DNA from: an uncultured delta proteobacterium
GTDB taxonomy: Bacteria; Desulfobacterota; Desulfuromonadia; Desulfuromonadales; BM103
Direction: 5' to 3'
Length of the DNA: 64,000 nt
Assembly (NCBI GenBank): GCA_963715335.1
Contig: CAVQRZ010000021.1
Span: forward strand, 18,641-82,640
The notes under the pieces were generated by a model. The model was not told the origin of the DNA. It searched no databases and saw nothing but the letters and a program-made list of their open reading frames with translations. This document shows positions 1 to 10,016 of this stretch, piece by piece; position 1 is the first letter of the stretch, and the number at the start of each line of letters is the position of its first letter. The position numbers and the translations under genes are program-made.

Positions 1-173
1 AATGCAACGTAACAACGTGGTTGGGAATTATCTTGAAAATCGCAAAGGATGGCGTGGACGTCGAAGCCACTTTCCCCGGCATCACCAAAAATGACGGGAT
101 CCCTGGATCGACAGAGACGCTTGATACTGCCGACTTCCACTTCAAGAAAGCCTTCAGCTTCGTAGATGAGCAT
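1..173 (-). CDS. Probable N-terminal part of a hypothetical protein (runs off the window edge)
   Basis: Minus-strand ATG at 173 follows a G-rich RBS-like stretch. The frame MLIYEAEGFLEVEVGSIKRLCRSRDPVIFG... stays open to position 1. No recognisable motif. Confidence 0.35.
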   Translation of the reverse strand, partial: MLIYEAEGFLEVEVGSIKRLCRSRDPVIFGDAGESGFDVHAILCDFQDNSQPRCYVA

Positions 174-232
174 ACATTTCCCCCCGGAAACGCAATTCGG
201 ATAATTTTAGTTATATTAAAAATGCGAAATCA

Positions 233-256
233 GGGCTGATGTGCAACACCAGCCCC
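233..256 (-). terminator. Hairpin downstream of pta, possible terminator
   Basis: GGGCTG(ATGTGCAACAC)CAGCCC stem-loop about 45 bp past the pta stop codon. Confidence 0.4.
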
Positions 257-301
257 AATTTACACTAAAAAACGTGGCGTTACAAACAGAACGCCTGAGA
301 A

Positions 302-1303
302 TCAGCCTTGTGCCTGGACAGCGGTAATCGCCGATACGGACACGATGTCGTCAACGGAACAGCCGCGGGAGAGGTCATTGACCGGCTTGGCGAGACCCTG
401 CACGATCGGCCCGACCGCTTCAGCGCCGGCGACGCGCTCGACCAACTTGTAGCCGATATTGCCAGCATCGAGATCGGGGAAGATCAGGGTGTTTGCCTTG
501 CCGGCAACGGCGGAGCCGGGGGCTTTCTTCTCGCCAACCTTGGGTAGCAGTGCGGCATCGGCCTGCAACTCACCATCGATTTGCAGGTTCGGGTCAAGTT
601 TCCTGGCGATCTCGAGGGCCTCCAGGACCTTGTCGCAATCTTCGTGACTGGCGCTGCCTTTAGTAGAAAAAGAGAGCATTGCCACGCGGGCGTCGACGCC
701 GAGGAAGCTCTTGCAGCTGCTCGCTGTGGCAACAGCGATCTCGGCCAGAGCCTGGGCATTCGGGTTCGGGTTGACGGCACAATCGGCGAAGCAGAGCACG
801 CCGTTTTCACCGAAGTCAGGGTTCTTGGTCACCATCAGGAACACTGAAGACACTGTCTTCATGCCTGGAGCAGTGCCAATCACCTGGAAAGCCGCACGCA
901 GGACGTCGCCGGTGGTGTTATGGGCACCGGCAACCATGCCGCCGGCATCACCCTTGTGCACCATCATGGCGCCGAAGAAAAGGTTGTCCGAGCCGGTCAG
1001 GGTTTCACGTGCCTGTTCGGGCGTCAGGCCCTTCTTCTTGCGCAGCTTCACCAACTCAGCGACATAATCGTCCAGGCTGGCGGCGCTCTTTGGCTCAATG
1101 ATCTCGACACCGGCAAGAGAAACACCGAGCTCGCCGGCCCTGGCTGCGAGCGTGGCTGGGTCGCCGAGCAGGACAACTTTTGCCAGTTTGTCACCGGTAA
1201 TCAGCTCGGCAGCCTGGATCATGCGGTCATCATAACTTTCAGGAAGCACTACAGTCTGGAGACTGGCGCGGGCCTTTGCCTTGATCTGGTCAACGAGATG
1301 CAT
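302..1303 (-). CDS. pta: Phosphate acetyltransferase
   Basis: Motifs MLSFSTKGS, IDGELQADAA, FPDLDAGNIGYK and GLAKPVNDLSRGC. ATG at 1303 follows an AAGGAGG RBS. Confidence 0.95.
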   Translation of the reverse strand: MHLVDQIKAKARASLQTVVLPESYDDRMIQAAELITGDKLAKVVLLGDPATLAARAGELGVSLAGVEIIEPKSAASLDDYVAELVKLRKKKGLTPEQARETLTGSDNLFFGAMMVHKGDAGGMVAGAHNTTGDVLRAAFQVIGTAPGMKTVSSVFLMVTKNPDFGENGVLCFADCAVNPNPNAQALAEIAVATASSCKSFLGVDARVAMLSFSTKGSASHEDCDKVLEALEIARKLDPNLQIDGELQADAALLPKVGEKKAPGSAVAGKANTLIFPDLDAGNIGYKLVERVAGAEAVGPIVQGLAKPVNDLSRGCSVDDIVSVSAITAVQAQG

Positions 1304-1344
1304 CGGCATTTCCTCCTTCAAACAGGGTTTTATTAGAATCCAAG

Positions 1345-1373
1345 AATATACCGGATGACATGTTGACCGTCAA
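1345..1373 (-). promoter_or_regulatory. Sigma70-type promoter of pta
   Basis: Minus strand TTGACG-17 nt-TATATT. The -35 box overlaps the palindrome GTTGAC-C-GTCAAC. Confidence 0.55.
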
Positions 1374-1471
1374 CTTATTTCCCCTCGCAAATTGCAGTCG
1401 ACAGGCCTATTCGACACTGGCGGTTCCCCTTCGTTTGTAATATAATTGCTAGTTTGTAAATCATTAACGCC

Positions 1472-2374
1472 ATGACCACTGAGCAACGACAAGATATCAT
1501 AATCACAGGGTTTCTCCTGTTATCCCTGCTTTTGCACCTGCTCCTGCTGCTGGTGCCGAAAGACGGGCTGTTTCCGGCAGAGATTGCACCACCGCCGGTT
1601 TACGTTGAAGTTCGCCCTTCCCAACCACGCGACCGGGAACTCGATCTGCCGATCCGGGAAGAGCTGGAAAAGCCTCGTCTGAAACCGGCCGAGCGCCTCG
1701 CCGAAAAGGACCAGGTCGTAGAGAAGGAGACCGCCCCGGAGGGACGGGACAACGAGGATCGTGAAAAGGTCGTCCGCGCTCCCGAACAGGTGCAGAAGGT
1801 TCCGCAGCCAACTCCGCCACAACCTGAACCGATGCAGGAGAAAGCCCCGGCCGACAAATCTGACCAGACACTGCCGGAGACTGCAGAGGGCTGGAAGCGG
1901 CAGAAGACCGAGCCCGCCCCCAAGCTTCCAGACCTGCAAACCCTGACCCAGATTTCACCCCAGGCCATGGCACAAATAGAAAGTGACTGGCGGCAGAAAT
2001 ATCGCAAGGACATTGAACGGGGCGATACTGTCTGGATGGACACTCAGCAGGACTTGCTGATCTCCTTCATGCGCCGCTTCCGCAACAACATTTACGGGGT
2101 ATGGAATTACCCTGAATCCGCCAGGAGGCAAAACCAGCAGGGCTCCTGCCTGATTCGCGTCACGGTCGATCGCGACGGCAACGTCACCGATGTAATCCTG
2201 ATGGAAAGCTCCGGATCTCGCGTCCTCGACGACGAAGCGATGCGCGCCATACGGCAGGGGGCCACCTATGGGCCATTGCCAAGAGCCTACCCGAATGAGT
2301 ATCTGCACATCATGGGTTTATTCAATTACAGTCTCAGTGGCAGCAGCAACTACCAGCGCCGCTCCCTCTATTAA
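1472..2374 (+). CDS. TonB-family energy transducer (TonB C-terminal domain protein)
   Basis: N-terminal TM helix with SLLLH, Pro/Glu-rich linker, C-terminal YPESARR...SSGSRVLDDEA motif. Confidence 0.85.
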   Translation: MTTEQRQDIIITGFLLLSLLLHLLLLLVPKDGLFPAEIAPPPVYVEVRPSQPRDRELDLPIREELEKPRLKPAERLAEKDQVVEKETAPEGRDNEDREKVVRAPEQVQKVPQPTPPQPEPMQEKAPADKSDQTLPETAEGWKRQKTEPAPKLPDLQTLTQISPQAMAQIESDWRQKYRKDIERGDTVWMDTQQDLLISFMRRFRNNIYGVWNYPESARRQNQQGSCLIRVTVDRDGNVTDVILMESSGSRVLDDEAMRAIRQGATYGPLPRAYPNEYLHIMGLFNYSLSGSSNYQRRSLY

Positions 2375-2416
2375 GAACCATGCCCTCTTTCCTTTTCTTG
2401 AAAGGCTTAAAAGCAA

Positions 2417-2848
2417 AACCGGCGGGTCGTGTCCCGCCCGACGCCATACGCATGAAACGGGGACACGTAACAAGTACATGTCCCCATTTCACTATGCAAA
2501 AACGCCTTCTCCTTGCGGAGGGCATCTCCTTTGCCGGAGGTCTGTGACTTCAAGAACCTGCTGTGATGGGGATCCGGCCCTGTGTCAAAGGGCCTGACCT
2601 TGCCGTGTGATTTACATGGGAAAAGCAAAACAACCCCTACCGACGCAAACCTCCACAGCAGGAGAGGCTCTCAAGAGCCTCGGCTCCTGCGGGGGAAGCG
2701 TAGACTCCTGATCGTTTAGAACGATCCGGATTGAGGTTGCCACCTTGACGAACCAGACATGCCCAGCGCAGCGCAGGCCTTTTTCTGCTTACTCTTTTGG
2801 GCCAGCAAAAGAGTAAGGCGCAGTCGGGGGGCGCAACCCCCGGGTTCT
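2417..2848. repeat. Hairpin-rich non-coding repeat element, copy 1 (two ~200-nt monomers in inverted orientation)
   Basis: Aligns by eye along almost its whole length with 56089-56497. Its ends are also shared with 61408-61905. Confidence 0.9.
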
Positions 2849-2882
2849 GTTTTTGTCTTTGTTTTCCAGAGAACAACAGCAA

Positions 2883-2911
2883 AGGGCAACAGATGAACCA
2901 TCTGTTGCCCT
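2883..2911. repeat. REP-like palindrome AGGGCAACAGA-N7-TCTGTTGCCCT, copy 1
   Basis: Identical 11-bp arms recur at 61355-61384 and 62004-62032. Confidence 0.85.
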
Positions 2912-2973
2912 AAAATTCATAAGACTTCCACCTGCCAGACAAAAACAGCATCACGTGTGGGGTTTGTCAACCA

Positions 2974-3007
2974 GCGGAGGGCCGGTCATCAATGACCGGC
3001 CTTCCGC
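2974..3007 (-). terminator. Strong hairpin after gcvPB, likely terminator
   Basis: GCGGAGGGCCGGTCAT-CA-ATGACCGGCCTTCCGC, 25 bp past the stop codon. Confidence 0.55.
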
Positions 3008-3031
3008 CTTGCCTCTTGCCCTCACTTCACG

Positions 3032-4492
3032 CTACTCGTTCCCCTCCCATTTCAGTCTCGGTTTTCGCGCAGCCGTCGTCTCATCAAGCCTTCTGACCCG
3101 GGACCGCATCGGGGCCTTGAGCAACAGGTCCGGATTGTCACGGGCCTCACCGGCAATGGCAATCATGGCATCACAGAATTCGTCGAGCACTTCCCGGCTC
3201 TCCGTCTCGGTCGGTTCGATCATGATCGCGCCCTTGACCACCAGCGGGAAATAGATGGTCGGCGGATGATAACCGTAGTCAATCAGCCGTTTCGCCACAT
3301 CCAGAGTATGACAGCCGCCTTCAAGGTCCTTGTCCGAGAAGATGACCTCGTGCAGCGAGCGGTTTTTGTACGGCAGGTCATAGACACCCTCGAGCCGTGC
3401 CCGGATGTAGTTGGCATTGAGCACTGCCATCTCACTGGCATGCCTCAAGCCCGCGCCACCCATGCTGCGGATATAAGAGTAAGCCCGCACCATGACACCG
3501 ACGTTGCCATGGAAAGCCATCAGGCGCCCGATCGAGCTGGCATGGTCGGTCTCGAAACGATACTCGTCGCCAACACGTTCCACTCCCGGCCCCGGCAGGT
3601 AGGGGATCAGCTCTTCGGTGACACCGACCGGTCCGGCACCCGGACCACCGCCGCCATGGGGTGTGGAAAAGGTCTTATGCAGGTTGAAATGCATGACGTC
3701 GATCCCCATGTCACCTGGACGGGCGATACCCATCAGGGCATTGAGGTTGGCGCCGTCGCAATAGACTAGGCCGCCCCGATCATGGACCAGTTTGCAGATC
3801 GCCTCGATATTCGTTTCGAACAGGCCAAGGGTGTTCGGATTGGTCACCATCAGCGCGGCAACCTCATCATTCATGTGCGCCTCGACTTCTTCGAGGGTGA
3901 GGATTCCCTCCGAAGCAATCGGCACGACGTCGTAGCCGGCCAGGGCCGCAGTTGCCGGGTTGGTGCCGTGGGCCGTGTCGGGAATCAACACCTTCGAGCG
4001 CTTGCTGTTGCGCGCTTCGTGCCGGGCGCGGATCACCAGCATCCCTGCGAGTTCACCATGTGCACCTGCCGCTGGCTGCAAGGTAACCCGGGCGAAACCG
4101 GAGACTTCGGCCAGAGAGGACTGCAGGTTGTACATCAGCTCCAGGATTCCCTGGGCCAGATGCGGCGGGGTTGCCGGGTGGATGTCGGCGAGGCCCGGCA
4201 GGCGAGCCGCAATCTCATTCACTTTGGGGTTGTACTTCATGGTGCAGCTGCCCAAAGGATAGAACCCGGAATCAACACCATAGTTCCAGGTTGACAGGCG
4301 TGTGAAGTGACGGACGACATCGACTTCGGATAATTCGGGGAAGCCCGCGATTTCATCCCGGCAGAGTTCGGCGGGCAGGGTCGCTTCAGGTACATCAAGC
4401 TTCGGCAGGCTGTAGCCCTTGCGCCCCGGGACGGAATGCTCAAAGAGCAGTTTTTCGTTCAGGACAAGTCCGCTGGTACCAAGGATCGTCAT
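3032..4492 (-). CDS. gcvPB: Glycine dehydrogenase (decarboxylating) subunit 2
   Basis: YPLGSCTMKYNP, QPAAGAHGE and the PLP-lysine motif HFNLHKTFSTPHGGGGPG. Confidence 0.95.
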   Translation of the reverse strand: MTILGTSGLVLNEKLLFEHSVPGRKGYSLPKLDVPEATLPAELCRDEIAGFPELSEVDVVRHFTRLSTWNYGVDSGFYPLGSCTMKYNPKVNEIAARLPGLADIHPATPPHLAQGILELMYNLQSSLAEVSGFARVTLQPAAGAHGELAGMLVIRARHEARNSKRSKVLIPDTAHGTNPATAALAGYDVVPIASEGILTLEEVEAHMNDEVAALMVTNPNTLGLFETNIEAICKLVHDRGGLVYCDGANLNALMGIARPGDMGIDVMHFNLHKTFSTPHGGGGPGAGPVGVTEELIPYLPGPGVERVGDEYRFETDHASSIGRLMAFHGNVGVMVRAYSYIRSMGGAGLRHASEMAVLNANYIRARLEGVYDLPYKNRSLHEVIFSDKDLEGGCHTLDVAKRLIDYGYHPPTIYFPLVVKGAIMIEPTETESREVLDEFCDAMIAIAGEARDNPDLLLKAPMRSRVRRLDETTAARKPRLKWEGNE

Positions 4493-5838
4493 GCTGCACC
4501 TCCTTGCAGTGCAGCAATCAGCCCTTCAATCTCGCCACGCTGATTCTGTTCGGTTACACAGACCAGGAAACAATCCGCAAGTTCCGGGTAATCATCACCC
4601 AGGGCAAGACCACCGAGGATTCCGGCTTTTTCCAACCGGCCAAGCACTTCAGCCACCGGCTTTTCTGAACGGACGACGAATTCGTTGAACGAAGGACCGT
4701 CAAACGCCAGGCTGAAGCCTTTGACGCCGGCGATCTGCTGACGGGCATAGGTCGCCTTGGCCAGGTTCTGCTCGGCCATCTCGCGAAGGCCCTGTTTGCC
4801 CAGCAGGCTCATGAAGATCGTCGCCACCAGAGCGCACAGGCCCTGGTTCGAGCAGATATTCGAGGTCGCCTTTTCGCGACGGATATGCTGCTCGCGCGTC
4901 GACAAAGTCAACACGAAACCACGCTGACCGTCGAGGTCAGTCGTCTCGCCGACCAGACGGCCGGGCATAGCACGGACATCCTTCTGGCGCACGGTAAAGA
5001 AGCCTACATACGGGCCGCCGAAAGCGAGCGGCAGGCCAAAACTCTGGCCGTCACCAGCAACGATATCGACGCCGAGTTCGCCGGGAGCCTTAAGCAGTCC
5101 CAGGGCGACGGGCTCCGCAACAGCTGCGACCATGCGGGCTCCGACGGCATGGGCTCGTTCAGACAAGGTGGCCAGATCTTCGACCACGCCGAAATAGTTC
5201 GGATAACCGGCAACCACTGCCGCCGTTGTATCGTCCAACTTGGCCACCAGGTCCTCGAGGTCAGTCCGGCCATCGTCTGCAACAGCAATATCAATCAGTT
5301 CCAGACCGAGATAAAGGCAATAGGTCGCCACGGTTGTCCGGTACCGCGGGTTGAGTGCCCGCGACAAAAGCACCCGCTTGCGGCGGGTCAGACGTACCGC
5401 CATCAGGACCGCTTCGGCACAGGCCGATGCGCCATCGTACATGGAGGCGTTGGCGACATCCATGCCGGTCAACTGGCAGACCATGGTCTGGAATTCGAAG
5501 ATTGCCTGCAGAGTCCCTTGACTGATTTCCGGCTGGTAGGGTGTATAAGCAGTGTAAAATTCACTGCGCGATATCAGCAGGTCGATTGCCGCCGGGCTGA
5601 AGTGGTGATAGGCACCGCCACCGAGAAAGCTTACATGATTCGATGGCGTTGCATTTTTTGCCGCCAGGCCTTTGAGTTCACGCAGCAGTTCGGTCTCGCT
5701 GACCGGTTCCGGCAGATCAAGAGGACGCTTGAGACGTACCGCACCGGGCACCTCGACGAACAGGTCTTCGAGGCTCTTTACCCCGACCCGTCCCAGCATC
5801 TCGCTCACATCCGCTGCAGTATGCGGGATATAGCGCAT
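4489..5838 (-). CDS. gcvPA: Glycine dehydrogenase (decarboxylating) subunit 1
   Basis: MRYIPHT start, EFYTAYTPYQPEISQG and TREQHIRREKATSNICSNQ. Confidence 0.95.
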   Translation of the reverse strand: MRYIPHTAADVSEMLGRVGVKSLEDLFVEVPGAVRLKRPLDLPEPVSETELLRELKGLAAKNATPSNHVSFLGGGAYHHFSPAAIDLLISRSEFYTAYTPYQPEISQGTLQAIFEFQTMVCQLTGMDVANASMYDGASACAEAVLMAVRLTRRKRVLLSRALNPRYRTTVATYCLYLGLELIDIAVADDGRTDLEDLVAKLDDTTAAVVAGYPNYFGVVEDLATLSERAHAVGARMVAAVAEPVALGLLKAPGELGVDIVAGDGQSFGLPLAFGGPYVGFFTVRQKDVRAMPGRLVGETTDLDGQRGFVLTLSTREQHIRREKATSNICSNQGLCALVATIFMSLLGKQGLREMAEQNLAKATYARQQIAGVKGFSLAFDGPSFNEFVVRSEKPVAEVLGRLEKAGILGGLALGDDYPELADCFLVCVTEQNQRGEIEGLIAALQGGAA

Positions 5839-5842
5839 CGAT

Positions 5843-6229
5843 TCAGCTCTCCTCTGCAATCAGGGCCTGGTACGCTTCTGCATCCATCAGCGCGTCAGCA
5901 TCGCTGGCTTCGGCCATGCGGATCTTGACCATCCAACCATCCTCGTAAGGGGAGGTGTTGATAATCTCGGGCGCGTCGATCAGGTCATCGTTGATCTCTT
6001 CGATCGTACCGGTGAGCGGCGCATAGACATCGGAGACAGCCTTGACTGACTCGACAACGCCAAAGGCCTTGCCGGCCTCGACACTCGCACCGACCTCGGG
6101 GAGCTCGACAAAAACCACATCACCCAGGGCGTCCTGGGCAAAATCGGTAATGCCGACCACAGCCAGGTCTTCCTCGACCATGACCCACTCGTGCTCTTCT
6201 GTGTACTTTAACTCTTCCGGAAATTCCAT
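5843..6229 (-). CDS. gcvH: Glycine cleavage system H protein
   Basis: [19 protein letters not shown] and the lipoyl motif VESVKAVSD. Confidence 0.97.
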   Translation of the reverse strand: MEFPEELKYTEEHEWVMVEEDLAVVGITDFAQDALGDVVFVELPEVGASVEAGKAFGVVESVKAVSDVYAPLTGTIEEINDDLIDAPEIINTSPYEDGWMVKIRMAEASDADALMDAEAYQALIAEES

Positions 6230-6303
6230 GGCTTTCTCCTTGCTGTCTGTAAACCCCGGGCAGCCAGGGTCGATGATGAAAGTTTCTGTTCGTATAGTGA
6301 CGC

Positions 6304-7392
6304 TTACGCGACGAAAGGTGGACGGACCACTTTCGCCCTCATGCGACGATTGCGGACGACAATCTCCAGTTCCGTGTCAGCCGCGGCAGCTTCCGGCGCT
6401 ACCAGCGCCAGGGCAATACCGACCTTGAGGCACGGCGACATGGTTCCGCTGGTCACCACACCTACTTCACTGTCGCCCAGGAAGACCGGGTATCCTTCTC
6501 GAGGGATGCCGCGTTCGAGCATGCTCAGCCCGACTCGCCGACGCGGCACGCCGTCAGTCTTCTGGGTTACCAGAGCAGCTTTGCCGACAAAGTCGTTCTT
6601 GTCAAGCTTGGTGATCCATGCCAGCCCGGCTTCGAGCGGGGAGATCTCGCGGGAGAGCTCGTGGCCGTACAGGGCATAGCCTTTTTCCAGGCGCAGGGTG
6701 TCGCGTGCGCCCAGGCCAATCGGCTGAAGCCCGTACGGGCGCCCGGCGTTCATCAATTTCTGCCAGAGATCCTCGGCAGCTGCCGCAGGAAGATAGAGCT
6801 CAAAGCCATCTTCGCCGGTATAGCCGGTCCGCGACACGATCATCTGCAGCCCGCCGACTTCACCCACGCTGAAATGATAGTAGGCCAGCTGCGCCAGGGG
6901 CAGGTCTGTCAGGCAGGCGAGAATCTTTTCCGACTCGGGTCCCTGCAGGGCGATCTGGGCGAACTCCTTGCTGCGGTTGACGAGAGAGACATCCGAGAGC
7001 GACGAATCAGCGTGCACCTGCTGCATCCAGGTAAAGTCCTTGTCAATATTGGCGGCGTTGACACAGAACATGAAGCGGGTCTCGCTGAAGCGATAGAGGG
7101 TTACGTCGTCAACGATACCTCCCTCCGGATAACAGAACGCTGAATACTGGACCTGGCCGTCGACCAGCTTTGCAGCATCATTTACGGTCAACAACTGGAT
7201 GTAGGCCAGGGCGTTGGTCCCGGTGACTTCTATTTCACCCATGTGTGAAACATCAAAGAGGCCGGCAGCCAGGCGGACGGCAAGGTGCTCTTCTATTACG
7301 CCGGCATACTGCACCGGCATGTCCCAGCCACCGAAATCGACCATCCGCGCACCGAGGTCACGATGAATCTGGTTCAAGGGGGTCTTTTGCAT
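6304..7392 (-). CDS. gcvT: Glycine cleavage system aminomethyltransferase T
   Basis: [32 protein letters not shown] and [11 protein letters not shown]. Confidence 0.97.
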   Translation of the reverse strand: MQKTPLNQIHRDLGARMVDFGGWDMPVQYAGVIEEHLAVRLAAGLFDVSHMGEIEVTGTNALAYIQLLTVNDAAKLVDGQVQYSAFCYPEGGIVDDVTLYRFSETRFMFCVNAANIDKDFTWMQQVHADSSLSDVSLVNRSKEFAQIALQGPESEKILACLTDLPLAQLAYYHFSVGEVGGLQMIVSRTGYTGEDGFELYLPAAAAEDLWQKLMNAGRPYGLQPIGLGARDTLRLEKGYALYGHELSREISPLEAGLAWITKLDKNDFVGKAALVTQKTDGVPRRRVGLSMLERGIPREGYPVFLGDSEVGVVTSGTMSPCLKVGIALALVAPEAAAADTELEIVVRNRRMRAKVVRPPFVA

Positions 7393-7493
7393 GGGCTCTC
7401 TCCTTATTCAACTCTACACAGTTGTCCATTCAGCCACAAAGACACCAAGACACAAATGGATCAATTATCCGCAGCGCTGCACCTTCAAGAACT

Positions 7494-8348
7494 TCACGCC
7501 AGTAGCGCAGGAATCTTGTCTTCGTGCCCGAGGGTCATCAGGTGAACACCCTGGCAAAGGTCCCTGGCCCAGGCAACTGTCTCGCGAGCGATGGCAATGC
7601 CCTCCACCATCGGATCAGCGGCTTTGTCGAGGCGTTCGACCAAATCGTCGGGGACCTGCACTCCCGGGATATTGTCATTGAGGAAACGCGCCATTTTGCC
7701 GCTGCGCACCAGCAGCACCCCGGCGATCACCGGCACACCCAGCGGCTGCATGGCGCACACGAACCGCTCCATGACCCCGCGTTGAAAGACCGCCTGAGTC
7801 TGGAAAAACCGGGCCCCGCTTTCAACCTTTTTCGCCACCTTCTGAAACATCAGCTCAAACGGCTCCGCCGTCGGATTGGCCGCTGCGCCGGGAAAGAACT
7901 TCGGCACGCCGTTGAGCGGTTTGCCGACCATGTCGACCCCGTCCATCAGGCCGCTGGTCATCGCAAGCAACTGGACCGAATCAAGGTCGAAGACCGGCCT
8001 TGCATCAGGTTGGTCACCAAACTTGCTATGATCACCCGAAAGCAGCAACAGGTTCTCAATACCGAACGACGCAGCTCCGAGCAGATCGGACTGCAGGGCG
8101 ATGCGATTCCGGTCGCGGCAGGTCAGCTGCAGGATCGTCTCCGTACCGGACTGCTGCAAGCACGCCGCCAGGGCCAGCGACGACAGACGCATATTGGCCC
8201 CCTGGTTGTCAGTGACGTTAACCGCGGTAACCCCGACGAATTTTTTGGCTTCACCAAACGCCGGCGCCAGGTTGGTGCCTTTCGGCGGGGCGATTTCGGC
8301 AGTTACAACGAACTGACCATCAGCCAACTGCTCAGATAATAGCGACAT
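7494..8348 (-). CDS. metF: 5,10-methylenetetrahydrofolate reductase
   Basis: TAEIAPPKG, LQLTCRDRNRIALQSDLLGA, GARFFQTQ and GVHLM. Start taken at ATG 8348 (MSLLSE). Confidence 0.85.
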   Translation of the reverse strand: MSLLSEQLADGQFVVTAEIAPPKGTNLAPAFGEAKKFVGVTAVNVTDNQGANMRLSSLALAACLQQSGTETILQLTCRDRNRIALQSDLLGAASFGIENLLLLSGDHSKFGDQPDARPVFDLDSVQLLAMTSGLMDGVDMVGKPLNGVPKFFPGAAANPTAEPFELMFQKVAKKVESGARFFQTQAVFQRGVMERFVCAMQPLGVPVIAGVLLVRSGKMARFLNDNIPGVQVPDDLVERLDKAADPMVEGIAIARETVAWARDLCQGVHLMTLGHEDKIPALLA

Positions 8349-8368
8349 AAATTGATAGCGCCAGTACG

Positions 8369-9025
8369 CTAACGACCGCCGTCTTTCAGACGATAGCGGC
8401 CTGGCTTGCGGCGGCGGCTCCAATTCTTCGGCGGCACCCGGCGGGCAAAGACTCCTTGCCGCTGCTGTTTCTGCAGGCGCTCATAAATCAGCCTCCAGGC
8501 GCACTCGATCTCCGGGTCAACTTCGCAATGACCATCTTCCATGCCCCCACACGGACCGTTCAACAACCCCTTGGCACAGGTTGTCACAGGGCATATCCCG
8601 GCGGTTTCATTGAGGATACAGTCGCCGCACAGAGAGCACATCTCCTCGTAATGACCGAAGCGACGCACGTTGCCGAGAAACATAGAGTTCAGACCACCGA
8701 CGACCTGTTTTTCCACATTGGAAGAGATTGACTGCACACCAGATCCGCAGGCAAGGACAACCAGCGCGTCGGCTTCATGAAGGGCATTCTTGTGGTGTCG
8801 CAGATCGCGGGCCGCACGCATAATGTGGCAGGCCTCATCGATGATGACACTGCCGGTCACGTCCTTGCCCTGCTCCAGAAGCCATTCCTGCAGTTTAAAG
8901 ACTTCTTCTTCGCCGCCGGCCTTGCACGCGGTCGCGCAGGCGGCACAACCCACCAGGAAAAGCCTGTTGAATTCAGACAGGGTCTTCTGCAGGTCCTCGA
9001 GAGGTTTCAGTTCGCTGATTATCAT
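8369..9025 (-). CDS. metV: MetV-like methylene-THF reductase accessory subunit (Cys-rich, MTHFR C-terminal-like domain)
   Basis: GCAACATAC, LACGSGVQ and CSLCGDC...CPVTTCAKGLLNGPCGG...CAW; directly upstream of metF. Confidence 0.8.
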   Translation of the reverse strand: MIISELKPLEDLQKTLSEFNRLFLVGCAACATACKAGGEEEVFKLQEWLLEQGKDVTGSVIIDEACHIMRAARDLRHHKNALHEADALVVLACGSGVQSISSNVEKQVVGGLNSMFLGNVRRFGHYEEMCSLCGDCILNETAGICPVTTCAKGLLNGPCGGMEDGHCEVDPEIECAWRLIYERLQKQQRQGVFARRVPPKNWSRRRKPGRYRLKDGGR

Positions 9026-9131
9026 TTATTAATCGGTGGCTGGTTGCCGGGGGCTGGTCACTGGGGAAACCAGGCCCGCAATTCGAAGGCAAAACGGCCC
9101 GGAGCGTTCAAACCCATCGGACCGTGAATCT

Positions 9132-9986
9132 TTACTGTTGGGCCGCGCGGCGCTTGGCGCCTTCGACCGTGTTGTAGAGCAGCATGGTGATCGTCATCGG
9201 GCCGACGCCACCGGGAACGGGAGTGATGGCGCTGGCACGCGCTTTCGCCGCTTCAAACTCGACATCGCCAACCAGCTTCTTTTCGCCAACCCGGTTGACA
9301 CCAACATCAATGACCACAGCGCCCGCCTTGATCCAGTCGCCCTTGATCATCTCGGGACGGCCGACAGCGGCAATCAGGACATCAGCCTGGCCAACCTTGG
9401 CCGGCAGGTCTTTGGTGCGGGAATGGCAGAGCGTGACCGTGGCATGCTGGGCAAGACACATCATGGCCACCGGTTTGCCGACGATATTGGAACGGCCAAC
9501 CACCACGACTTCCTTGCCGGTCAGGTCAACGCCGGTATGCTCGAGCATTTTCATGACCCCGAAGGGGGTACACGGCTGGAACAGCGGGTTGCCGGTCGCC
9601 AGGCGTCCGACATTGTAAGGGTGGAAGCCATCCGCATCCTTGGCCGGCGAAATCGCCTCAAGGACCTTGCTCTCGTCAATGTGGTCGGGGAGCGGCAACT
9701 GCACCAGGATGCCATCGATACGGGGGTCCTGGTTCAATTCATCGATCAGTGCCAGCAACTGTGCTTCGGTCGTCTCGGCTGGCAACTTGTGCTCGTCAGA
9801 AAAGATACCCGCGGTCTCGCAGGCTTTCTCCTTCATCGTCACATAAACCCGGCTCGCCGGGTCATCTCCGACCAGGACTACTGCCAGGCCAGGGGTCACC
9901 CCCCGCTCTTTCAATGCGGCCACGTCGGCAGCAATTTCTGCGCGTATATCGGCGGCAATCGCCTTGCCATCAATGATCTTGTCCAC
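9132..9986 (-). CDS. folD: Bifunctional methylene-THF dehydrogenase/cyclohydrolase
   Basis: [30 protein letters not shown] and [16 protein letters not shown] start after GGAGG. Confidence 0.97.
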   Translation of the reverse strand: MDKIIDGKAIAADIRAEIAADVAALKERGVTPGLAVVLVGDDPASRVYVTMKEKACETAGIFSDEHKLPAETTEAQLLALIDELNQDPRIDGILVQLPLPDHIDESKVLEAISPAKDADGFHPYNVGRLATGNPLFQPCTPFGVMKMLEHTGVDLTGKEVVVVGRSNIVGKPVAMMCLAQHATVTLCHSRTKDLPAKVGQADVLIAAVGRPEMIKGDWIKAGAVVIDVGVNRVGEKKLVGDVEFEAAKARASAITPVPGGVGPMTITMLLYNTVEGAKRRAAQQ

Positions 9987-10016
9987 GGACTAAACCTCCT
10001 CTGGGATGAGACTAAG

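Noticed and set aside
2407..2901. Similar small ORFs in the repeat copies (also 55950-56282, 61394-61645 and 61719-61928)
   Set aside because: The similarity comes from the shared DNA repeat. Frames and lengths are not conserved, and substitutions preserve base-pairing rather than codons.
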